From: Mobula hypostoma
Taxonomy: Eukaryota
Assembly: GCF_963921235.1 (NCBI RefSeq)
Contig: NC_086097.1
Span: 64,358,001-64,422,000, forward strand
DNA length: 64,000 nt
Direction: 5' to 3'
Part shown: positions 26,512 to 36,569 of the stretch, piece by piece
Numbering within the stretch: position 1 is the stretch's first letter
How the letters are laid out: the number at the start of each line of letters is the position of its first letter
Program-made: the position numbers and the translations under genes
Notes under the pieces: generated by a model
The model's database searches: none
Told to the model about the DNA's origin: nothing
Seen by the model: the letters and a program-made list of their open reading frames with translations, nothing else

Positions 26512-27798
26512 AAACAACAGGAATTCTGCAGATGCTGGAAATTCAAGCAACACACACCCTTCTCACCCTGTCTCTTGCAAAAACGCCATCCCCTTCTCGC
26601 AATTCCTCCGTCTCATCTGCTCTCAGGATGAGGCTTTTCATTCTAGGACGAGGGAGATGTCCTTTTTTTTTTATAAAGAAAGGGGCTTCCCTTCCTCCAC
26701 TATCAACTCTGCTCTTAAACACATCTCCCCCATTTCACGTACATCTGCTCTCACTCCATCCTCCCGCCAGCCCACTAGGAATAGGGTTCCCCGGTCCTCA
26801 CCTACCACCCCACCAGCCTCCGGGTCCAACATACTATTCTCCGTAATTTCCGCCACCTGCAACGGGATCCCACCACTAAGCACATCTTTCCTTCCCCCCC
26901 CTCTCTGCATTCTGCAGGGATCGCTCCCTACGCAACTCCCTTGTCCATTCGTCCCCCCCCATCCCTCCCCACTGATCTCCCCCCTGGCACTTATCCGTGT
27001 AAGCAAAACAAGTGCTACACATGCCCTTACACTTCCTCCCTTACCACCATTCAGGGCCCCAGACAGTCCTTCCAGGTGAGGCAACACTTCACCTGTGAGT
27101 CGGCTGGGGTGATATACTGCGTCCGGTGCTCCCGATGTGGCCTTTTATATATTGGCGAGACCCAATGCAGACTGGGAGACCGCTTTGCTGAACATCTACG
27201 CTCTGTCCGCCAGAGAAATTCCACAACCCATTCCCATTCTGACATGTCTATCCATGGCCTCTACTGTAAAGATGAAGCCACACTCAGGTTGGAGGAACAA
27301 CACCTTATATTCCTTCTGGGTAGCCTCCAACCTGATGGCATGAACATCGACTTCTCTAACTTCCGCTGATGCCCCACCTCCCCCTCGTACCCCATCTGTT
27401 ACTTATTTTTATACACACATTCTTTCTCTCGCTCTCCTTTTTCTCCCTCTGTCCCTCTGAATATACCCCTTGCCCATCCTCTGGGTCCAACCCCCCCCCG
27501 TCTTTCTTCCCGGACCTCCTGTCCCATGATCCTCTCGTATCCCTTTTGCCTATCACCTGTCCAGCTCTTGGTTCCATCCCTCCCTCTCCTGTCTTCTCCT
27601 ATCATTTTGGATCTCCCCCTCCCCCTCCAATTTTCAAATCCCTTACTCACTCTTCCTTCAGTTAGTCCTGACGAGGCGTCTCGGCCTGAAACGTCGACTG
27701 CATCTCTTCCTATAGATGCTGCCTGGCCTGCTGCGTTCACCAGCAACTTTTATGTGTGTTACTTGAATTTCCAGCATCTGCAGAATTCCTGTTGTTTG
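26512..27798 (+). mobile_element. 5'-truncated Penelope-like element with an inverted terminal segment
   Basis: GIY-YIG peptide GVIYCVRCSRCGLLYIGET...RFAEH, close to the copy at 32624-35301. 26512-26556 is the reverse complement of the 3' end (about 27753-27797). Confidence 0.9.
27663..27700 (+). ncRNA. Minimal type I hammerhead ribozyme motif in PLE pLTR
   Basis: AGTC-C-CTGACGA-ggcgtctcggcct-GAAA-C-GTC^GACT; stem II is slightly altered relative to the other copies. Confidence 0.65.
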
Positions 27799-29342
27799 AG
27801 ACTAAAAGGCCTATATTTTCCTTTTTTCCCTTGAAGATTGGAGTTTTTTTCCAGTCCTCCAGATCCATGCCAGAATCTATTGATTCTTGAAAGATCATTA
27901 TTAATACCTCCACAATTTCTTCAGCCACCTCCTTCAGAACCCTAGGGTGTAGACCATCCGCTCCAAGAGACTTATCTACCTTCAGACCTTTCAGTTTCTC
28001 AAGCACCTTCTCCCTAGTAATGGCAACTTCACTCATTTCTGCCCCAACACACTCCAACTTCCGGCAGACTACTAGTGTCTTTCAGAGAATACTTATTCAG
28101 TTTGCCCGCTATTTCCTTGGCTCCCATTTCTACCTCTCCAGCATCATTTCCAGTGGTCTGATATCCATTCTTGTGGTCATCCACTCTTTTACATGATATA
28201 TCTGAAGAAACTTTTGATATCCCTTTTAATATTGTTGGCTAACTTATCTTCGCATCCCACCTTTTCCTTCTTTTGGACCTTTCAGTTGCCGACTGGTGAT
28301 TTTTAAAAGCTTCCCAATCCTCTAACTTCCCACTAATTTTTGCTGTATTGTAAGCCCTCCCTGTCTTTATTGTTGGTTTTGATTTCTCTTCTCAGCCATA
28401 GTTGCATAATCCTGCCTTTAGAATACTTCTTTGCACCTTCCAAATTGCTCCCAGAAACCTCAGTCATTGCTGTGCTGCTGTCATCCATGCTAGTGTTCTC
28501 CTCCAATCAATTTTGGCCACCTCCTCTCTTGTGCTTCTGTAATTCCTTGTAATACTGACGCATCTGACTTTAGCTTCTCCTTCTCAAATTTCAGGGTGAA
28601 TTCTATCATATCACTGCCTAAGTGCTTCTTAACTTTAAGCTCTCTAATGAATTCTGATTTGTTGTACAACACCCAATTCAGAAGAGTTGATACCCTAGTG
28701 GGCTCCACCACAAGCAACTCTAAAAAGCCATCTTGTAAGCATTCTACAAATTCCCCCTCTTGGGATGCAGCCCCAGCCTGATTTTCCAAATCTACCTGCA
28801 TACTGAAATCCCCCATGACTATTGTAAACACTGCCCTATTGACGTGCATTTTCTATCTCTCATTGCATTTGTAAATCACATCTTTGCTACTGCTTGGAAG
28901 TCTGTGTACAACTCCAATCAGGGTCTTTTCATCTTAGCTTGACCACCTACAATTTTACACCTTCCGATCCATTGTCACTTCTTTCTAATGATTTGATTTC
29001 ATATTTTTTTTTTAAACCAACAGAACCACTCCACCTCCTCTGGTTACTGGCCTGTCCTTACAATACAATATGTATCCTTGGAAGTTAAGCTCCCAGCTAT
29101 AATCTTCTTTCAGCCACAATTCAGAGATACTCACAATGTCATATATGCCTATCTGTAACTGTCCTACAAGTTCATCTGCCTTATTCCGTATACTGTGCAC
29201 AGTCAAATATAACACCTTTTGTCCTGTGTTCACTCTTTACGATTTTCTCCATCTTTTATGTTGCAACTCATCCCAGTGACTGCAATTTTGCCCAATCATC
29301 AGCCTGTCTTTGCTAGCAGTCTCACGACACACTGCCTCTGTT

Positions 29343-31008
29343 TAGGAAATAGGAAGATAGAGCAGTTAAATACGTGACTAAGGAGTTGGTGCAGTAGGGA
29401 GGGCTTCATGTTTCCGGACAATTGGGCCTTGTTCCAGAGAAGATGGGACCTGTTCTGACAGGACGAGTTGCTCCTGAACTGGAGGAGGACTAACATCCTT
29501 GCGGGAAGGTTTGCTAGTGCTGCTTCGGGGGGGGGGGGGTTTAAACTAGATTTGCAGGGGGAGGGGAACCCGAGTGCTAGAGCAGATAGTGAGGTGGAGG
29601 AGGATAAAGGTCATGGGAGAACTGCAAGTATAGTACATGGAGTAAAGCCAGGTCTAACATATAAAGAGGCTTTGAGGAATGAGAAGCAGAATAAAGGATG
29701 TAAAGGTAGTAAGGTAGAAGGGCTAAAGTGCGTGTACTTCAATGCAAGAAGCATCAGGAACAAAGGTGATGAACTGAGAGCTTGGATACATACATGGAAT
29801 TATGATGTAGTGGCCATTACAGAGACTTGGCTGGCACCAGGGCAGGAATGGATTCTCAATATTCCTGGATTTCAGTGCTTTAAAAGGGATAGAGAGGGGG
29901 GGAAGGGGAGGAGGGGTGGCATTACTGGTCAGTGATACTATTACAGCTACAGAATGGGTGGGTAATGTAGCAGGATCCGCTTTTGAGTCAGTATGGATAG
30001 AAGTCAGGAACAGGAAGGGAACAGTTACTCTATTGGGAGTATTCTATAGGTCCCATGGTAGCAGCAGAGATACTGAGGAGCAGATTGGGAGGCAAGTTTT
30101 GGAAAGGTGCAAAAATAACAGGGTTGTTATCATGGGTGACTTTAACTTCCCTAATATTGATTGGCACCTGATTAGTTCCAATGGTTTAGACAGGGCAGAG
30201 TTTGTTAAGTATGTCCAGGACGGATTCCTGTCACAGTATGTTGACAGGCCAACTGGGGGAATGCCATACTACAGGGGTCCCCACTGGTTTAATATTGACA
30301 ATATTCTTGCGGACCGGCCGACCGGGTGGGGGGGGGGGGGAGGTGTTCAAGTAGGGTTAAACTCACCTCAACATGTCTTTCACAGTTAGGGTTGCCAACT
30401 TTCTCACTCCCAAATAAGGGACAAAAGTAGCAGTCAAATACGGGACAGTGTTTACCCTGAGAAAGACTACCATGACCATGAAGCCTTGTGCGGGCACCTG
30501 AGTGCGCGCATAAGTGACGTGCGCATGTGCGTACGTGCCGATTTTTTTTCCCCACAGATCGGTTTTGACTTAATCTTCCCAACTACACTGTACATACATT
30601 ATTTCTACTTTATATAGGCTGTGTATTTATCATATCATTCCTGCTTTTACTGTATGTTAGCGTTATTTTAGGTTTTATGTGTTGTTTGGTATTTTTTTTT
30701 GTGTCTGGGAACGCTCAAAACTGTTTCCCATATAAATTAATGGAAATTGCTTCTTCGTTTTAACCATTTTGGCACGAAAGGTTTCATACGAACGCTCTAC
30801 CTTAGCGGGGGAAATATAGGACAAGAGCGGTCCAGTATGGGACAAACCAATTTAGCCCAATATACGGGGTGTCCTGGCAAATACTGGACAGTTGGCAACC
30901 CTATGTTCAAGTTCAACAGTGCGTGACAGGGAGGCAGGGTTTAAGGGTCGGCATAACACTGTGGGCTGAAGGGCCTGTACTGTGCTGTACTATTCTATGT
31001 TCTATGCT
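29343..31008 (+). mobile_element. CR1 LINE (end of ORF1, APE, then 3' tail) with nested MITEs and a large internal deletion
   Basis: LKCVYFNARSIRNK...VAITETWL, IMGDFNFP, YVDRPT. The tail at 30930-31008 is nearly the same as the tail at 61275-61353. Confidence 0.8.
30352..30903. mobile_element. hAT-type MITE with 8-bp TSD, nested in the left part of a Charlie-like MITE (CAGGGGTCCCCA near 30272)
   Basis: TSD TGTTCAAG at 30344-30351 and 30904-30911. Termini TAGGGTT...AACCCTA. An inner, longer TIR TAGGGTTGCCAACT starts at 30387. Confidence 0.75.
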
Positions 31009-32623
31009 CTACGTTTGTAAACTAACTGCCCCATCCATATCTTTATCAGTCTGGTTCCTGTCCTCCTGTCAAATTAGTTTAAACCTTCCCGTACAGCTCC
31101 AACATACTTGCCCACAAGGATATTAGTCCCCCTTGGGTTCAGATGCAACCTGTCTCATTTGTTCATGTTGTACCTCTCACAGAAGGGATCCCAATGGTCC
31201 AGAAATCTGAATCCCTGCTCCTGCAGCAGCTCCTCAGCCATACATTAATCTGACAAATCACCCTATAGTTGCCCTTAGATTCATAGCTCAAAGAAAAATA
31301 GTCTGAGGCAAATCTTACATAAAAATGAAAGAATTATCACCGTGGAGGCACCACAATCACCACCCCCCCTCCTCCACCCCTGGGAGATAGTTTACTTTCT
31401 TCACTCACCGAGTCCGAGTCACGGTGCAGAGATGGTTCACCAGCCTCACTCAGCTCCAAGATGAACAAACGTTATCTACATAACCCCTTTTACCCAGTAC
31501 TTACTTCAGAAGCTTCTATGCACTGGCAATACTAGACATCTCATCAAGATATTTCCTAAATGATATGAGTGTATCGGTCTTCACCAACTACTCAGGAAGC
31601 TCTTTACCATCCACTCGAGATTACAAACCACTGTCTTGGGTGAAAATGTTCTTCTTCAGATCCCTCTAAATCTCTTAACTCTTAATCTAAACCTCGTTTC
31701 AGATACCTATTCTTTGGAAAAAGTTTCCTACCATCTACTCTATCATTAGTCCTAGTGGTATTTTTGGTATACCACTATTGAACTCCCCCACCCCACCAGC
31801 TTCCTCCACTTCAAGGAGATACAGTCTATCCAGTCTCCCCTCATCTTAAAGGCTCCATTCCCAGCAACATTTTGAAGAACACCCTCTGCATCCTTTCCAG
31901 TGCCAAGCACCTCCTTCCACAGTGCAGCAACCAGAACTTGATAGAGTATTTTAACTCTTCCTATTATCTGATGTTAAAGTGCCACAGAACTAATCGAAGA
32001 GCAAGGTAACCAATCCCTTTGTATTTACATAAGATTTGTAGGATTAGCTTCATCTGTCACATGTACAACAAAACATACAATGAAAGGCATTGCTGCTGAC
32101 CAAGTACAGTCAGAGGATGTCACCATGATTTTGGAGCCACAATGCACTTACTAATCCTAACCCACGTCTTTGGAATGCAAGAGGAAACTGAAGCACTGCA
32201 GGAAACCTATACAGTCAAGGTACATTTTTAAGTTCAAGTTCAAAGTACAAAGTATATACAACCTTGAGATTCATCTCCTTACAGGCAGCCACAAAACATG
32301 GAAACACAATAGAACCAACCAAAAAAAAAGGTCCAATGTGCAGAAAAAAACAAATTGCGCAGAACAATAAAAGTAGGGAAATAAGGCTGAGAGCTGAAGT
32401 TCGCAGAAGTGAGTCCACTGCCACGAAGTCAGTCATCACTGTAGCCGATTCAGGAGGCACTGCAGTTCAGCGGAGAGACAAGTAAACCTCATGGAGCAGC
32501 TAGTTGAAGCAGCACATCTCTCACTTCTATCTGACACCCTGACCTTTTTAATCTAGCCCAATGCTTAAATCAATCAAACTTTGGGTAGTTTCTAGCTCTC
32601 AAACCTTGGCCCTGTCACTTCAA

Positions 32624-35301
32624 GCAACATACATCAAAGTTGCTGGTGAACGCAGCAGGCCAAGCAGCATCTATAGGAAGAGGCGCAGTCGACGTTTCAG
32701 GCCGAGACCCTTCGTCAGGACTAACTGAAGGAAGAGTGAGTAAGGGATTTGAAAGCTGGAGGGGGAGGGGGAGATGCAAAATGATAGGAGAAGACAGGAG
32801 GGGGAGGGATAGAGCCGAGAGCTGGACAGGTGATAGGCAAAAGGGGATACGAGAGGATCATGGGACAGGAGGCCTAGGGAGAAAGACGGGGGGGGGTGAC
32901 CCAGAGGATGGGCAAGAGGTATATACAGAGGGACAGAGGGAGAAAAAGGAGAGTGAGAGAAAGAATGTGTGCATAAAAAGGAGTAACAGCTGGGGTACGA
33001 GGGGGAGGTGGGGCCTAGCGGAAGTTAGAGAAGTCAATGTTCATGCCATCAGGTTGGAGGCTACCCAGACGGAATATAAGGTGTTGTTCCGCCAACCTGA
33101 GTGTGGCTTCATCTTTACAGTAGAGGAGGCCGTGGATAGACATGTCAGAATGGGAATGGGATGTGGAATTAAAATGTGTGGCCACTGGGAGATCCTGCTT
33201 TCTCTGGCGGACAGAGCGTAGATGTTCAGCAAAGCGGTCTCCCAGTCTGCGTCGGGTCTCACCAATATATAAAAGGCCACATCGGGAGCACCGGACGCAG
33301 TATATCACCCCAGTCGACTCACAGGTGAAGTGATGCCTCACCTGGAAGGACTGTTTGGGGCCCTGAATGGTGGTAAGGGAGGAAGTGTAAGGGCATGTGT
33401 AGCACTTGTTCCGCTTACACGGATAAGTGCCAGGAGGGAGATCAGTGGGGAGGGATGGGGGGACGAATGGACAAGGGAGTTGTGTAGGGAGCGATCCCTG
33501 CGGAATGCAGAGGGGGGGGGAGGGAAAGATGTGCTTAGTGGTGGGATCCCGTTGGAGGTGGCGGAAGTTACAGAGAATAATATGTTGGACCCGGAGGCTG
33601 GTGGGGTGGTAGGTGAGGACCAGGGGAACCCTATTCCAAGTGGGGTGGTGGGAGGATGGAGTGAGAGCAGATGCACGTGAAATGGAGGAGATGCGTTTAA
33701 GAGCAGAGTTGATAGTGGAGGAAGGGAAGCCCCTTTCTTTAAAAAATGAAGACATCTCCCTCGTCCTAGAATGAAAAGCCTCATCCTGAGAGCAGATGCG
33801 GCGGAGACGGAGGAATTGCGAGAAGGGGATGGCGTTTTTGCAAGAGACAGGGTGAGAAGAGGAATAGTCCAGATAGCTGTGAGAGTCAGTAGGCTTATAG
33901 TAGATATCAGTGGATAAGCTGTCTCCAGAGACAGAGACAGAAAGATCTAGAAAGGGGAGGGAGGTGTCGGAAATAGACCAGGTAAACTTGAGGGCAGGGT
34001 GAAAGTTGGAGGCAAAGTTAATAAAGTCAATGAGTTCTGCATGCGTGCAGGAAGCAACGCCAATGCAGTCGTCGATATAGCGAAGGAAAAGTGGGGGACA
34101 GATACCAGAATAGGCACGGAACATAGATTGTTCCACAAACCCAACAAAAAGGCAGGCATAGCTGGGACCCATACGGGTGCCCATAGCTACACCTTTAGTT
34201 TGGAGGAAATGGGAGGAGCAAAAGGAGAAATTATTAAGAGTAAGGACTAATTCCGCTAGACGGAGCAGAGTGGCGGTAGAGGGGAACTGATTAGGTCTGG
34301 AATCCAAAAAGAAGCGTAGAGTTTTGAGACCTTCCTGATGGGGGATGGAAGTATATAAGGACTGGACATCCATGGTGAAAATAAAGCGGTGGGGGCCAGG
34401 GAACTTAAAATCATCGAAAAGTTTAAGAGCGTGAGAAGTGTCACGAACATAGGTCGGAAGGGATTGAACAAGGGGTGATAAAACAGTGTCGAGGTATGCA
34501 GAAACGAGTTCGGTGGGGCAGGAGCAAGCTGAGACAATAGGTCGGCCAGGACAGGCAGGTTTGTGGATCTTGGGTAGGAAGTAGAAACGGGAAGTGCGGG
34601 GTGTGGGAACTATAAGGTTGGTAGCAGTGGATGGGAGATCCCCTGAGCGGATAAAGTCGTTGATAGTGTGGGAGACAATGGCCTGGTGCTCCTTGGTGGG
34701 GTCACGATCGAGGGGTAAATAAGAGGAGGTATCCGCGAGTTGTCGCTGTGCCTCGGCAAGGTAGAGGTCAGTACGCCAGACTACAACAGCACCCCCCTTA
34801 TCAGCGGGTTTAATAATAAGGTTAGGATTAGTGCGGAGGGAGTGGAGAGCAGAGCGTTCCGAAGGAGTGAGGTTGGAATGGGGACAAGGTGCGGTGAAGT
34901 CGAGACGGTTGATGTCCCGTCGGCAGTTAGCAATAAAGAGATCCAGAGCAGGCAGAAGACCAGAGCGGGGTGTCCATGAAGAAGAGGAGGGTTGAAGACG
35001 GGAGAAGGGGTCATCGGTGGGGGTGGAAGAGTCCTTGCCGAAGAAGTAGGCTCGGAGACGGAGACGGCGGAAGAAAAGTTCCGCATCGTGGCGAACACGG
35101 AACTCGCTGAGGTGTGGGCGAAGGGGGACAAACGTGAGGCCCTTACTGAGAACAGAGCGTTCTGCCTCCGACAGTTGAAGGTCGGAGGGGATGGTAAAGA
35201 CCCGGCACGGATGAGAGCTGGGATCAGAGGGGGGAGGGGGGAGGCTGGGAGTGTCAGTGGAGAGGGGAGGGTTGGGGTGAGAGGAAGATGGAGCCTCTGA
35301 G
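32624..35301 (-). mobile_element. Young, 5'-truncated Penelope-like element
   Basis: Uninterrupted RT+GIY-YIG frame and a 3' pLTR with hammerhead motif. Flanked by direct repeat GGCCCTGTCACTTCAA (32608-32623, 35302-35317). Confidence 0.95.
32686..32722 (-). ncRNA. Minimal type I hammerhead ribozyme motif
   Basis: Minus strand AGTC-C-CTGACGA-AGGgtctcggCCT-GAAA-C-GTC^GACT has all conserved core nucleotides. Confidence 0.75.
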
Positions 35302-35312
35302 GGCCCTGTCAC
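33015..35312 (-). CDS. PLE reverse transcriptase / GIY-YIG endonuclease polyprotein (N-terminally truncated; the GTG 'start' lies in the TSD)
   Basis: 765 codons without a stop: IIKPADKGG, LPKIHK...GRPIVS, TMDVQSLYTSI, QTKGVAMG, RYIDD, FLDL, YKPTD, GVIYCVRCSRCGLLYIGET...RFAEH. Confidence 0.88.
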   Translation of the reverse strand: MTGPSEAPSSSHPNPPLSTDTPSLPPPPSDPSSHPCRVFTIPSDLQLSEAERSVLSKGLTFVPLRPHLSEFRVRHDAELFFRRLRLRAYFFGKDSSTPTDDPFSRLQPSSSSWTPRSGLLPALDLFIANCRRDINRLDFTAPCPHSNLTPSERSALHSLRTNPNLIIKPADKGGAVVVWRTDLYLAEAQRQLADTSSYLPLDRDPTKEHQAIVSHTINDFIRSGDLPSTATNLIVPTPRTSRFYFLPKIHKPACPGRPIVSACSCPTELVSAYLDTVLSPLVQSLPTYVRDTSHALKLFDDFKFPGPHRFIFTMDVQSLYTSIPHQEGLKTLRFFLDSRPNQFPSTATLLRLAELVLTLNNFSFCSSHFLQTKGVAMGTRMGPSYACLFVGFVEQSMFRAYSGICPPLFLRYIDDCIGVASCTHAELIDFINFASNFHPALKFTWSISDTSLPFLDLSVSVSGDSLSTDIYYKPTDSHSYLDYSSSHPVSCKNAIPFSQFLRLRRICSQDEAFHSRTREMSSFFKERGFPSSTINSALKRISSISRASALTPSSHHPTWNRVPLVLTYHPTSLRVQHIILCNFRHLQRDPTTKHIFPSPPLCIPQGSLPTQLPCPFVPPSLPTDLPPGTYPCKRNKCYTCPYTSSLTTIQGPKQSFQVRHHFTCESTGVIYCVRCSRCGLLYIGETRRRLGDRFAEHLRSVRQRKQDLPVATHFNSTSHSHSDMSIHGLLYCKDEATLRLAEQHLIFRLGSLQPDGMNIDFSNFR

Positions 35313-36024
35313 TTCAATATGTTCTTGGGTCTGGACCCCACCGCCTCAATTTGGCTCATACCCAAATTTTCTGATTTCGCCCCAGTGCTTAATTTGATCA
35401 AACCTTAGATCTTTCCTTACCCTCAGGCTCAGGACCGTGCCTTGCCGCCTCCACTCAGCCTCGCCTCGTTTCTGCTGCATAGAATTGCCTCCAAATCCAC
35501 TGCAACAATGGCCAAATACTGACTCATTCCCTGCTCTTGGGGCCAGACCCCACCACCTTGATTCCGCCATGGCCACCTTGCAGCAACCATACTGCACCTT
35601 CCAGACTTCAGATCACACGCAAAAAATGCCCGGTTGTACAGGCGGTTCAGAAGCTCAACTCCGAAAGGGAAGTTACAGGCTACTGATTGCAGTGATCATT
35701 AGAAGTGCGATTAATTAAGACGTGGGAAGAATGCAGAAAGCCTTATAGATAGCAGCAGAATTGAACCCGGGTTGCTAGCAGTGTAAAGGTGTTACATCAA
35801 CCACTATGCTGCTGTGCCAGCTTATTTCATCCAACCGTGTTGTTTACAAATACCCAAAAACTGATTAAGCAACATTTGTTTGTCTAAGTAATTGTCTTGT
35901 ACTAATTTTGTAAGTGATTTTGCTTTCGGTTTGGCACTAAAATATAATTAAGAGCCACTGAGATTTCTTAAAATACTTTTTAAAAAACATGGCCCAAGAC
36001 GTGACAAGCAGCAATATCGATGAG

Positions 36025-36565
36025 GCCAATATGGAGTTGCAAGCTGAGGTTGACTGGGCAACTTTATTTAAAGGCAAAGGAACAAGCGGTAAGTGGGAGG
36101 ATTTTAAAAGAGTTATATCAAGAGTCCCGGAGCAGCATGGTCCTGTTAGTGTGAAGGGCAGACAGACCAAGTTCAGAAAATCCTGTCTCTCAAGAGATAT
36201 TGAGGCACTGGTCAAGAAAAAGCAGAAAGCATACATCACAAATGAATACCTCACAAATGAAAGGAGGAATCAGGAGGGCAAAAAAAGAAAGAATGGATTT
36301 GGCAAGCATGGATAAAAATAATTCCAAGAGGTTCTTCAATTACATTAACAATGAAAGGATGACTAAGGAGAGACAAAGTCATCTTAAAGTCTATGGTGTG
36401 GAGCTCCAGGAGATAGTGAAGTTTTTAAATGTCTATTTCTCCTCGGTGTTTACTTAGGAAAGTATGACGGATAAGAGTAATAATAAATAGTGCAGTCTAG
36501 GACATAAGCATATTACAAAGGAGGAAGTATTTGCACCCTTGAAGCACATTAAAGTGGGCAAAACT
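36025..36565 (+). mobile_element. Decayed CR1 fragment (its 3' tail is at about 39771-39887)
   Basis: VDWATLF...KWEDFK, SKRFFNYI, FLNVYFSSVFT. Confidence 0.65.
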
Positions 36566-36569
36566 CACT

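Larger units (their letters stand above)
27810..31270 (-). mobile_element. Decayed CR1 LINE (APE region and upstream) split by a plus-strand CR1
   Basis: SIRNKADEL...ISELWL, IVMGDF, VVEPTR and KSLGADGLHPRVLKE on the minus strand. Minus-strand CR1-like sequence resumes after about 31010. Confidence 0.75.
32040..35818 (-). mobile_element. tRNA-derived V-SINE-like element split in two (about 32040-32220 and 35720-35818) by a LINE-derived insert that itself contains the PLE
   Basis: gaggaaactgaagcactgcaggaaacc (V-core-like) on the left. gaattgaacccggg...aaccactatgc (reverse of B/A boxes) on the right. Confidence 0.55.

Noticed and set aside
32640..33221. 193-aa plus-strand ORF and similar MLVNAAGQAAS / MLEIQAT ORFs at 27399, 51662, 62222 and 62241
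   Set aside because: These are antisense or alternative frames of the PLE pLTR; their recurrence only reflects the repeat.
35755..35818. tRNA gene
   Set aside because: Only a degenerate A/B-box SINE head; no cloverleaf.
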